Source: Octopus vulgaris (lineage: Eukaryota). From it: 64,000 bases of DNA. The stretch is from the NCBI GenBank assembly GCA_951406725.2, contig OX597819.1, forward strand, positions 11,160,001-11,224,000. Reading direction: 5' to 3'. The position numbers and the translations under genes are program-made. Below the pieces are notes generated by a model. That model did no database searches. It was not told the DNA's origin and saw nothing but the letters and a program-made list of their open reading frames with translations. This document shows, one piece after another, positions 41,893 to 52,862 of the stretch (positions are counted from its first letter, which is position 1; every line of letters begins with the position of its first letter).

Positions 41893-42360
41893 GAGTGAGA
41901 GAGCAGTTCATGCCATCAAGGTGACACTGGGGTAAAATATACGAAGCCCAATATACCCATCATGACTACCCGTCTGATAAAGGTACACCAGGCACATGCA
42001 TCACAACCATATGTGCGCGACATGGTGATCTCATATCAAGATAAACAGCACATGACCTTGCAGGTGGGGCCCAGTTAGAATTTTCTTCAGGTTGAGTAGC
42101 CCATCCCGCTCAAACGGTCTCTGAATAAGGGTTGTTTAAGGATGTTGAAAGAACCACCCATGTTTCCAGAGGTGAACTATTCAAACCCCAAAGAATCCCT
42201 CTCAACACATGGCTATGATGCTCCCCCACTACTTCTGCTCGTGATCAGAGATGCACATATCGTCAGCAACTAAGGGACATGCTCAACTGGTTAAGGTCAA
42301 ACAACTGACAAGCAAATCTGTGGTATTGAGCAGAATATTTGCTGTACCCATCTTTTATAC
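41893..42360 (+). mobile_element. Family E repeat, truncated, within (TAT)n
   Basis: Near-identical to 42893-43360. Confidence 0.88.
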
Positions 42361-42362
42361 AA

Positions 42363-42403
<41 letters not shown>

Positions 42404-42447
42404 CATTATTATTATTATTATTATCATTATTATTATTATCATTATTA

Positions 42448-42496
<49 letters not shown>

Positions 42497-42509
42497 CATT
42501 ATTATAATT

Positions 42510-42562
<53 letters not shown>

Positions 42563-42564
42563 CA

Positions 42565-42604
<40 letters not shown>

Positions 42605-42607
42605 CAA

Positions 42608-42641
<34 letters not shown>

Positions 42642-42696
42642 GTTATTATTATTATTATTATCATTATTATTATTATTATCATTATTATTATTATTA

Positions 42697-42754
<58 letters not shown>

Positions 42755-42807
42755 CATTATTATTATCATCATTATTATTATCATTATTATTATTATTATT
42801 ATTATTA

Positions 42808-42841
<34 letters not shown>

Positions 42842-42892
42842 CATTATTAATATTATTATTATTATCATTATTATTATTATTATTATTATCAT
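42363..42892. repeat. ~530-bp (TAT)n microsatellite with CAT interruptions
   Basis: Seen directly. It is the source of the poly-Y/I/N/L ORFs. Confidence 0.98.
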
Positions 42893-43447
42893 TGAGTGAG
42901 CGAGCAGAGCATGCCATCATAGTGACACTGGGGTAAAATATACGAAGCCCAGTATACCTATCATGACTACCCGTCTGATAAGGGTACACCAGGCACATGC
43001 ATCACAACCATATGTGCGCGACATGGTGATCTCATATCAAGATAAACAGCACATGACCTTGCAGGTGGGGCCCAGTTAGAATTTTCTTCAGGTCGAGTAA
43101 CCCATCCCACTTGAAAGGTCCCTGAATAAGGGTTGTTTAAGGACGTTGAACGAAACACCCATGTTTCCAGAGGTGAATTATTCAAACCCCAAAGAATCCT
43201 TCTCAACACATGGCTATGATGCTCCTCCACTACTTCTGCTCGTGATCAGAGATGCACATATCGTCAGCCACTAATGGACATGTTCAACTGGTTATGGTCA
43301 AACAACTGACAAGCAAATCTGAGGTATTGAGCAGAATATTTGCTGTAGCCCATCTTTTATACCAAGACAAAACAATGTACATGATAACACTTCCAATCAG
43401 TTAAGATCAGAAGCCATGAGAGCCACTGCCTGGTACTGCATCAGGGC

Positions 43448-43449
<2 letters not shown>
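42893..43449 (+). mobile_element. Family E repeat, flanked on both sides by (TAT)n
   Basis: Longest copy; matches 16919-17438 and 41893-42360. Confidence 0.88.
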
Positions 43450-43492
<43 letters not shown>

Positions 43493-43590
43493 CATTATTA
43501 TTATTATTATCGATGCTATTATTATATACGGTAGCAAGTTTGGCTTATATTATGAATTTCAAATTGAAATTTTCAATTGATTTCTTTTAG

Positions 43591-43710
43591 ATGTAAATGA
43601 ATGCTTGGGGTCAAATGGTGGCTATGAACACAATTGTAGAAATATTATTGTTAGTTTTATGTGTATGTGTAAATCTGGATACATAAAAGTTAATTTCACA
43701 CACTGCATTG
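43591..43710 (+). CDS. Internal cbEGF exon (exon c)
   Basis: ttttAG acceptor, G|GTAAGT donor, 120 nt, phase 1-1. Translates (D)VNECLGSNGGYEHNCRNIIVSFMCMCKSGYIKVNFTHCI. The second Cys position is TAT (Tyr). Confidence 0.88.
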
Positions 43711-43744
43711 GTAAGTAATAGATTTCTATCAATTCTTATTCTAT

Positions 43745-44144
43745 TCTTTTCTTTAACTTGTTTCAGTCATTTGACTGTGGCCATGCTGGAGCACCGCCTT
43801 TAGTCGAGCAAATCGACCCCGGGACTTATTCTTTGTAAGCCCAGTACTTATTCTATCGGTCTCTTTTGCCAAACCACTAAGTGACGGGGACGTAAACACA
43901 CCAGCATCGGTTGTCAAGCAATGCTAGGGGGACAAACACAGACACACAAATACACACGCACATATATATATATACATATATACGACAGGCTTCTTTCAGT
44001 TTCCGTCTACCAAATTCACTCACAAGGCATTGGTCGGCCCGGGGCTAAAGCAGAAGACACTTGCCCAAGATGCCACGCAGTGGACTGAACCCGGAACCAT
44101 GTGGTTGGTTAGCAAGCTACTTATCACACAGCCACTCCTGCGCC
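43745..44144 (-). mobile_element. SINE family B inserted just downstream of exon c
   Basis: Absent from the duplicated copy of this intron segment at ~46075. Confidence 0.92.
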
Positions 44145-44500
44145 TTCTTTTTTTTTTTTAAGAAAAAAAAGAAAAAAAGTAAAAATGCGAGAAAGAAAAA
44201 ATTCGGAAAGCATAAGATATTCTTGATTACTGAATGGTGAATCCATTATAAAATGGGAACATTATCTGTTGTGCATGTTCTGCAATTGTATAAAAATATG
44301 AGAATAGCTAGCTACCTACTGAGGATCAATATTTAAGAATGACCTTGATAAATAGAACATAACTATAGCAGCCCAACTATTTGAAACTTCATTTTTGTGA
44401 TGCTTTGATGTTGGATACAATGAAGACCAAAGTTAAACAATTCCATTTGAAGGACAGATTTTTTAATAATTTTTTTTTAACTAAACACTTTGAAATTTCA

Positions 44501-45765
44501 GGTACTGGTAGAATGTGTCACATAGAACAGGGCTTACTCTTAACGTTTTTGACAAAATTTTGTATTTTAGAAGTTATTTCATGTTAAAGTTGTCATATTT
44601 GGGTAATTTTAACCAATCAATGACGTGTATTCAGTTGAAGAAAAATACTGCTGCTGTTTCCGAACAACAACTTCTGAGCCCATTGGCACGCAATCAAACC
44701 AATAAAAGAGCCTCTACCTGGTCATTCGACATGCTAAAAATAGCAGACAAAGTATAGCCCTACCTAAATCACATGCCCATTGTAATGTCCAAGATATCCC
44801 TAAAAAGATGGTTTGCTGAAGGCTGGAATGTCTTTGATGATAGGTTTGCTGTATCAGGGTTGATTTGAGGCTAATTAACAACAAAATTATTACTGAGACA
44901 GACCAACGATGAAGCCTGTATGTGACTGCATGATCAAAGGTTTGACTATCAAACGTATAATTAGCAAATATACATATAATTAATAAAAATAAAATATACT
45001 GAAAAAATAGCAAGATTTTGTTTATAAATTATTAATCTGTCTATTTCAGACAAGAATGAATATTCTGAAAAAAGTGGTGGCTACCAGCAGAATTGCATCG
45101 ATTTCAAAGGAAGTTACAAATGTTCTTGTAATTCTGGTTACCAACTTGTTAATACAACAAAGTGCACAGGTAGGTATCATGCAGAAATTACAGGATAATA
45201 ATCAAATCAATCATTCAAATGAAATAATCTTAAAGCTAAATTGAAATAATTAGTTTCTGAAATAACTTTTGATGAGCTGTTTTATTGAATAGATTCTAAT
45301 CGAAGCTGTTTATACACATTTAACGACTGTAGCTGCGATGTTCTATTTTCAGCAGCACACATTAGAACCAAAGCAGCTAAAGTCATTAGAATGTCAGCCA
45401 GAAAGAAGAGGAAGGAGTAACCTTGCTGGATATAGATGAAAGAATTAGTAGGAACATATTATTAGGTACTCAGTGCAGTAGTAGAATTTTTGGAAGATTG
45501 ACAGAACTTTTAATGTTTCAGATGTACTGGTAGAATGTGTCACATAGAACAGGGCTTACTCTTAACGTTTTTGACAAAATTTTGTATTTTAGAAGTTATT
45601 TCATGTTAAAGTTGTCATATTTGGGTAATTTTAACCAATCAATGACGTGTATTCAGCTGAAGAAAAATACTGCTGCTGTTTCCGAACAACAACTTCTGAG
45701 TCCATTGACATGCAATCAAACCAATAAAAGAGCCTCTGCCTGGTCGCTCGACATGCTAAAAACAG
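44501..45765. repeat. ~240-bp local direct duplication (44501-44740 and 45523-45765) flanking exon d
   Basis: The ORF track gives a near-identical peptide, MSHRTGLTLNVFDKILYFRSY..., twice. Confidence 0.92.
45050..45169 (+). CDS. Internal cbEGF exon (exon d)
   Basis: tttcAG acceptor, G|GTAGGT donor, 120 nt, phase 1-1. Translates (D)KNEYSEKSGGYQQNCIDFKGSYKCSCNSGYQLVNTTKCT. The first and second Cys positions are TAT and TAC (Tyr). Confidence 0.88.
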
Positions 45766-45988
45766 CATAATAAAAATGTGCCAGACAAAGTATAATCTAT
45801 TGAATATTCAGGTATTTGATAGATCCTTGCTGTTGGTTAGCCACAGGGCAGCCCTAATCATGTAGGTCTGTAATCGAAGTTATCCTAACTGTAACCAACT
45901 CATCTCTTTGTATGTATTACACTACATTTCTTATGTGTCCTTTCTTTTTTAAGATGACTTAAAAAAAACAAAAACAATTGACTGCTGT

Positions 45989-46240
45989 TATTGGTAGTTT
46001 TATGTGTATGTGTAAATCTGGATACATAAAAGTTAATTTCACACACTGCATTGGTAAGTAATAGATTTCTATCAATTAACTTCTATTTTTTTTTTAAGAA
46101 AAAAAAAAGAAAAAAAGTAAAAATGCGAGAAAGAAAAAATTCGGAAAGCATAAGATATTCCTGATTACTGAATGATGAATCCATTATAAAATGGGAACAT
46201 TATCTGTTGTGCATGTTCTGCAATTGTATAAAAATATGAG
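45989..46240 (+). pseudogene. Partial duplicate of EGF exon c (3' half plus donor) and its downstream intron
   Basis: Near-identical to 43647-43733 joined to ~44145-44310. It lacks the acceptor/5' half of the exon and lacks the SINE present in the original copy. Confidence 0.9.
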
Positions 46241-46248
46241 GAGAATAG

Positions 46249-47607
46249 CTATCCATGACCTCATCTCCTCCGCCTGTCTCCTTCCCACCGCCTCCAACCT
46301 CATAGTCCGCACCCCTCACACCCCCAGTATTTACTTCCTCCCCCAGATCCACAAACTTAACAACCTTGGCCACTCCATCGCCTCTGCCTGTAATTGCCCT
46401 ACAAACTCATCTCCAAATATCTTGACCGTGTCTGTTATTGTGAGAAACCATGAAGAAATTTCTTCAATAGCAAGTTGGTGATATATTTAGTGCTGGAGGT
46501 GGTTGCTGAAGAAGTGTTAGAGACCTCTATTAGTAAATGAGAAGTGAGAGTCTGCATATATATAACACAGCGTTAGCACGCTGGGCGAAATGCTTAGCGG
46601 TATTTCGTCTGTCGTTACATTCTGAGTTCAAATTCCGCTGAGGTCGACTTTACCTTTCATCCTTTCGGGGTCGATAAATAAAGTACCAGTTTCACACTGG
46701 GTTGGGGGGGGGGGGTCGATGTAATCGACTTAATCCCTTTGTCTGTCCTTGTTTGTCCCCTCTATGTTTAGCCCCTTGTGGGCAATAAAGAAATATATAT
46801 ATAACACATATTTACCATGAGTAAGGTATATTTACTAGTTGTTATTAATGAGCCCAGTGCTTCAGAAAAATGTATTAAGTAAGCTTGCAATACTAAATCC
46901 AATTCAGATAATCCTACAAAAGAAACATCATAATACACTCAATGACATGATGTGAATTTGTGTCACCCCTGAGCATGACTTGAGTTTGCCACCAACACCA
47001 CCACCACCACACACACACACACACATGAAAAATACAACAGCTCCTGGCCAGTTCCAAGCTCTCAATCCTTTTGCGGGCATCTGCCAGTGCTCTGTGTCCC
47101 AGTGCTTGTCCCAGACTTTTCCAGGCGTCCCCAACATCTGGACATCTCCTCAGTCAAACTCTTGGCTCTTCGATGTCTCCAACGCTGCAAAGACATCATC
47201 ATAAAACTGTCCGACAAAGGTGGACACCTCCTTCTACTGCCCTCTGCCCTCCAACCCCATGCCTAGCTACCAACAGACGGTATCCTCCACTATCCATGAC
47301 CTCATCTCCTCCTCCTGTCTCCTTCCCACCGCCTCCAACCTCATAGTCCGCACCCCTCACACCCCCAGTATTTACTTCCTCCCCCAGATCCACAAACTTA
47401 ACAACCTTGGCCACCCCATCATCTCTGCCTGTAATTGCCCTACGAACTCATCTCCAAATATATTGACCGTGTCTGTTATTGTGAGAAACCATGAAGAAAT
47501 TTCTTCAAAAGCAAGTTGGTGAAATATTTAGTGCTGGAGGTGGTTGCTGAAGAAATGTTAGAGACCTCTATTAGTAAATGACAAGTGAGAGTCTGCATAT
47601 ATATAAC
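46249..47607 (+). mobile_element. Penelope-like RT N-terminal fragment, present twice (46249-46566 and 47291-47607)
   Basis: PSIYFLPQIHKLNNLGHPIISACNCPT resembles the PLE YxLPKIHKxxxPGRPIIS motif. The ~320-bp duplication includes non-PLE flank. Confidence 0.8.
46571..46794 (+). mobile_element. SINE family C
   Basis: Body match, with an internal G-run. Confidence 0.88.
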
Positions 47608-47768
47608 AAATTACTTAAAAGCAAAAGGTTGACAGTTATACAGAAACACTAAGATTTTGGAATTAGTCAATGATAAAGGTAATTAGAGATTCGCCCCTTC
47701 TCTATACACCCAAACACACAACTGTTCTTGCACAAACACACAGCTACTGATACATGCACAAACACACT

Positions 47769-47802
<34 letters not shown>

Positions 47803-48526
47803 GTGGCATATGTATATGCACAACTTTTTATATGAACACATACACAAACATACTTTGACATTTCTTTCCTGTTTTTTCGTCATTCACTGATATTCTAAAG
47901 GTTCAGCTGAACATCAGAAATATTTGTAGCATCCATTTGACTCAATCTCCTTGCTTGTGAGAACCTGAAAATATTAACACTGCCTCTTGCCCAGTATATA
48001 CTTAAAAGAAATTACCCACATGCTTGTAAATTCATATACACAGACAATATACAAGCACATATTACAGCACCAAGTGTTTCAAATCAGTAAACATTCAATT
48101 ACATGGAAATGTTAGACATCATTGTAAGTTAAATTAAAAATTGGAAAAATAAAATATTTAAAAGCTAGAATATAAAGTAGTTTTCAATAGTATCCCATCA
48201 AAGATTAAACAGTAATTTAGAGAGCTTCATAAATGTCTATTAAGAGGAAATAATCTGGAAAGAAATTTGCTGAGTACTAAAAGAAACTGAAGTGTGAAAT
48301 GGTTATTGACCTGCACAGTATATATTATAATAACTGTTATAAAATAGCATTCTCACTGATAAAACCACCATATTTTCTGCCTGCTTTGCTTCCAACAATA
48401 TACCATACATACACATGCACACACATATGCAAATACTCATACACACACACACATACATGCACACAAACACCCCCACACACACACACTTTTTGATGTATCC
48501 TAATTCACTGAAACACATTGCAAAGT

Positions 48527-48824
48527 GGAGGCGCAATGGCCTAGTGGTTAGGGCAGTGGACTCACGGTCGCAAGATCGCGGTTTCGATTCCCAGACCGGG
48601 CGTTGTGAGTGTTTATTGAGCGAAAACACCTAAAAGCTCCACGAGTCTCCGACAGGGGGTGGTGATCCCTGCTATACTCTTTCACCACTCTTTCCCCCCA
48701 CTCTTTCTTCTGTTGGCCTGCTCGCTTAGCCAGCGGGGTGGCGTCATTCGAAGGCTAAAACAATGCGAACGCATTGTGACCAGCGATGTGTAACAACATC
48801 TGATGGTCTGGTCGGTCACGTGAT
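48527..48824 (+). mobile_element. SINE family A, tail type 2
   Basis: 13-bp TSD cacattgcaaagt at 48514-48526 and 48825-48837. Confidence 0.92.
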
Positions 48825-49980
48825 CACATTGCAAAGTATCCTATTCCCAAGAAAGCAAGGCCTTTATAAGCTTATCAACTACTAATCTATTTCCTTCATT
48901 TTCAACATTTCAGGCATCATGGATATAGTCACAAACAGCAACTTCCTCCATGATCTTCGGTCTTTCTCCAGTATGTTTCCTGTAGAGCTGTTGGCACATA
49001 ACTCTTATATCATATCCCATTGGTCTCTTACTTTTGAATACATAAGCAAAAGATTGGTGTGAAAATCTCTAGTTAAGCTGCCCATCTATAAGCTCAGTCC
49101 ATCTCTTCTTTGAGGAATTAAATGTTTCCTTTCATATCCCTCCCTTGCAAGATGTGTTGACAAAGTTGTCATATTAACTCTGTGAAATGTAAGGCTGTTT
49201 CAGTTTTCCACTGTCTTCAATCTACTTACTGTCATTTCTAACAAAAACATATTCGTGGATCAGAAGAACCTGAAACATACAACCAGATTTACATTATCTC
49301 CATGGACAGAGTCAATGAAAACACTTTGTAATACAAACACAAAATCCTAGTCTCTTTCAACAGCACAAAGCTACAACAACTATGCATTCAAGTAAACAAT
49401 CTTACACATCAAGCCTCCTTTTACATGAAAAGTGTACAATTATAGTCCTCAAAGTTACTATAAATCTCACAATTTCCATGGCAACCTCACATGTATAAAA
49501 CATTACAAAAACTACCTCTGAAACATGAATTTTTTTCAGAACTCTCACCATTGGCCGACCAGTTTTGACCTTTGAAAAAAGGTCTTTTGATCAACTTCCA
49601 ATTGTTCTTTCAGTTCATGACATACATTCAGTCATGACTGCTTTTGATCTTCTGTGAGCAAGTGAGGCACAAAACACAAGCAACACTCATGTTAGAAAAC
49701 AATTCCCATATATGGAATGATCATGACCTACATATGCAAAAATCTAGATTCTATTAAAAACAAAAAATCGACTGATTGGCAAAAACTTACTCACCAAGCT
49801 TGCAAACATGTTTCTTCTATCTGTCTCATTTGCTATTACTATAACAGTCTCTGCTCTTCTGAGCAAGGGGCCAGGAACAGGGGTGCAGCAGGTGCACCCG
49901 CTGCACCCCCTAGAATTCTCAGGGGTGTAAGATCAAAATTTGCACCCCCTATATAATCTTACAGAAAAAGTGTCTAAAAT

Positions 49981-50420
49981 TTATCGGTATAAAATGCTTA
50001 AGGCAGTTCTTAGTTCCTTGTCTACTTTGTTTCTAGCAATAGCTAATTCTTTGCTAAACCTAACTGACTCAAATTTGAATGCTCTTTTCAGGGCGTACCA
50101 CCATTTGTTGTTGATAATGGATCCGGTTAATGCCCTTATTACTAATTGTCTAATCCGCTTCCTGTAGGCTTCACAGTCTAATAGTGACTTGTTCAGCTTC
50201 CAGTAGCCGGTACCTCGTCTACACATGCTAACTAGGTCGAGCGTACAGGTCACAAATTTGTGATCGCTGTAGCTGACGATATGGTGTTGTGGACAGCTAA
50301 GTATTTTCTTATCTTTTCTTTTAGTAATGATTCTATCTATGCAAGATCTGAACGACCCGTCGTTTCTTGCCCAAGTCCACGCTGGAACATCTGGGTAGTC
50401 CAGTCTGAATCGTTTCAAAA
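49981..50420 (-). mobile_element. L1/Tx1-clade ORF2 endonuclease-region fragment
   Basis: WTWARNDGSFRSCIDRI...SYSDHKFV...GTGYWKLNKSLL motifs. Confidence 0.8.
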
Positions 50421-51739
50421 CAAAGTAAAAAAAAATTATAATAAATAAAAGTGATGAAGCTGGCATAAAATTCCCTAGGGAGTTTGTGTCAAAATACAAA
50501 AAAAAAATGTGACAATAACAACAGTAGCAGTAACAATAACAACAACAAAACCAGCATGTATGGTTAATTTTGAATATATAGCATTACTTGAATTATTGAA
50601 GACAGCTCCCACCCAGTTAAAATGTGTAACTCTCTGTCAAATACTTTTCTCCATCTTTCAGTACCACTCCCAAGTTCTTTGTAATTGGTGTTGCTAAAGA
50701 CTTAAAACATGGTTGAATGGATTCGACCGTTTGACCTCAGTCTAAAAATAAAACCCTTTCAAAATTATTTCCGTCAAAACGATTTTCTCATATAGGTTGT
50801 TAGGTCCAAAATGTACATGAAAAAATTGTTTGAAAGTAAAAACTTTGAAAGGAAACATTTAACTATAAATAACTGCAAACTGAAATTACGAAATAGATTT
50901 TGTAAAGCCACACATCCGCTTCTATTCTTACTCAGTGGTATCCCACACAGCTTTCAACATTTGGTGGACATTGTCTCTGTTTTCTAACCCTTCCTATCCT
51001 CTTCTTTGTAAAACATTCCCTATCTATTTCTATCGTTCTTTCTCTCTACACATCTTCTTTTCTCTCTTTACTACCTTTCATTTCTTCCTGTCTCTATTAC
51101 TGTTAACCACCTCCTATCTTTATTGCCTTCTTTCTCTACACTTCCTCTTTCTCTCTACCTGCACTCCCAGGTCAATGGGTCTTCTTCCCGGTGCACCTTT
51201 TTGGTGCAAAACGACCATTCAATATCCCATACCATTATCTGCTTGACTACTGCCAGGGTAAGTGCCCTTTTTCGACTCCAGCCTAGCATTCACTTCAGCC
51301 TTGATTCCCCTTTTCATTTCTCATTTAATCCTTACTTTCCTTTTGTCTTTATTCCTCTCTATCTGCTCATTTTATCCTTCTCTTGAGTTCCTTAGGAAAT
51401 AGTTTACTTTTAGCGTTACTACTAACAAATCGTATCTTAAAGACGTAGTTTAGGCAGAATGCCTTATATATTAATGACTTTCATTTTTTATCTTGCCTTA
51501 ATTCTGTCGTATTATCACTCAAAAGTCTTCCTGCGTATATATAAAATAGTATCTGCGTCATATTTGTTTCCGATACTGTCCTGCTTTTTCGTTTTATATA
51601 GAAAATACTGATTTAATTAATTTGATATGTGCCTCTGCACGAAACTCTCGAACCTTCAGTCACTATGTAACTTTCGCCGATCAATAAATCTATACTTATT
51701 ATTTGAGTCTGATTCAACATGAGTTCTATTTTTCATGTT

Positions 51740-51799
51740 TGAACCACTACGCCTCTGATGGGAACCCAATAAGGTTCGAAAATCGATTAAGGTTGTTCA
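51740..51799 (+). ncRNA. Minimal type I hammerhead-like motif (Penelope pLTR type), A9>G variant
   Basis: CCT-CTGATG(G)-GAACC caataa GGTTC-GAAA-ATCGAT-TA-AGG, with distal TGAAC/GTTCA pairing. Stem III is the palindrome AATCGATT. The conserved A9 is G. Confidence 0.65.
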
Positions 51800-51853
51800 T
51801 CTTTTTTTCAATCTATGAAGAAATAGCTAAATTTGCCCTCTTTGTAAATATAC

Positions 51854-52080
51854 GGCGAGCTGGCAGAAACGTTAGCACGCCGGGCGAAATGCGTAGCCGT
51901 ATTTTGTCTGCCGTTACGTTCTGAGTTCAAATTCCGTCGAGGTCGACTTTACCTTTCATCCTTTCGGGGTCGATAAATTAAGTACCAGTTACGCACTGGG
52001 GTCAATGTAATCGACTTAATCCGTTTGTCCGTCCTTGTTTGTCCTCTCTATGTTTAGCCCCTTGTGGGTAGTAAAGAAAT
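51854..52080 (+). mobile_element. SINE family C
   Basis: Full-length copy. Confidence 0.9.
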
Positions 52081-52107
52081 ATATATATAAATATAAATAG
52101 ACATCGT

Positions 52108-52258
52108 GGGTCATTTAGCTTAATGGTAAAGTACTCAGCCAGTAACTGAGTTGTATGGGTTCGAATGCCATAAACATTGCTGGCAACTTTTTTAAAATGG
52201 CGGTGCCCCAGCATGGCCACAGCTCATGAGCTGAAACTAGATGAAATAAAAAATATAA
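52108..52258 (+). mobile_element. Short SINE-like element: tRNA-Thr(AGT)-like head plus family-B-like tail
   Basis: D-arm tagcttaatggtaaagt, anticodon arm CTCAG-ccAGTaa-CTGAG and T-loop GGTTCGAAT are present, but the acceptor stem does not pair. It is followed by ggcggtgccccagcatggccacag...ctgaaac. Confidence 0.65.
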
Positions 52259-52417
52259 AATCGATAATCGGCTCGGGATTATCCCCAATGACTAAGGTCA
52301 CTCAATTCGCAGTGAAACCATTTGGTAGCTGGTATCATTACGATGTCTATTTATATTTACCCACTTCTCTACCTGTAGAGTAAGCTCTCCTCAAGTTATA
52401 TGGTTTTACCGTATATT

Positions 52418-52470
<53 letters not shown>

Positions 52471-52563
52471 GTGTAATAAATAAAATATATGCATACATAC
52501 ATACATATATGTACGTACCTACATCTACATGTATATATACATGCATATATAAATATATATACG

Positions 52564-52739
52564 CCCAGACCGGGCGTTGTGTGTGTTTATTGAGCGAAAA
52601 CACCTAAAAGCTCCACGAGGCTCCGGCAGGGGATGGTGGTGATCCCTGCTGTACTCTTTCACCACTCTAAAGGCGGTGCTCCAGCATGGCCGCAGTCAAA
52701 TGACTGAAACAAGTACAAAAAAAAAAAAAAAAAAAAAAA
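52564..52739 (+). mobile_element. Chimeric SINE fragment (family A body plus family B tail plus poly-A)
   Basis: Family A sequence to ~52668 is joined to ctaaaggcggtgctccagcatggccgcagtcaaatgactgaaacaagta and then an A-run. Confidence 0.8.
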
Positions 52740-52862
52740 TACGTGAGTACAGGACACCACAAATAGACGTAGAACTCAACGAGAAACGAATGCGTAAAAA
52801 CAAACGTGGAAACGGACCTAAACAAAAAAAACAGAGTACAAGACAAACTACACAAGGAAAAA

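Noticed and set aside
42251-42998. Poly-Tyr/Ile/Asn/Leu ORFs
   Set aside because: They are translations of the (TAT)n microsatellite.
14421-45169. Assigning a gene symbol (fibrillin/MEGF6/SCUBE/LRP-like)
   Set aside because: Isolated cbEGF modules are shared by many families, and no diagnostic domain lies in the window.
52108-52178. Functional tRNA-Thr(AGT) gene
   Set aside because: The acceptor stem cannot pair, the T-stem has a mismatch, and it is fused to a SINE tail.
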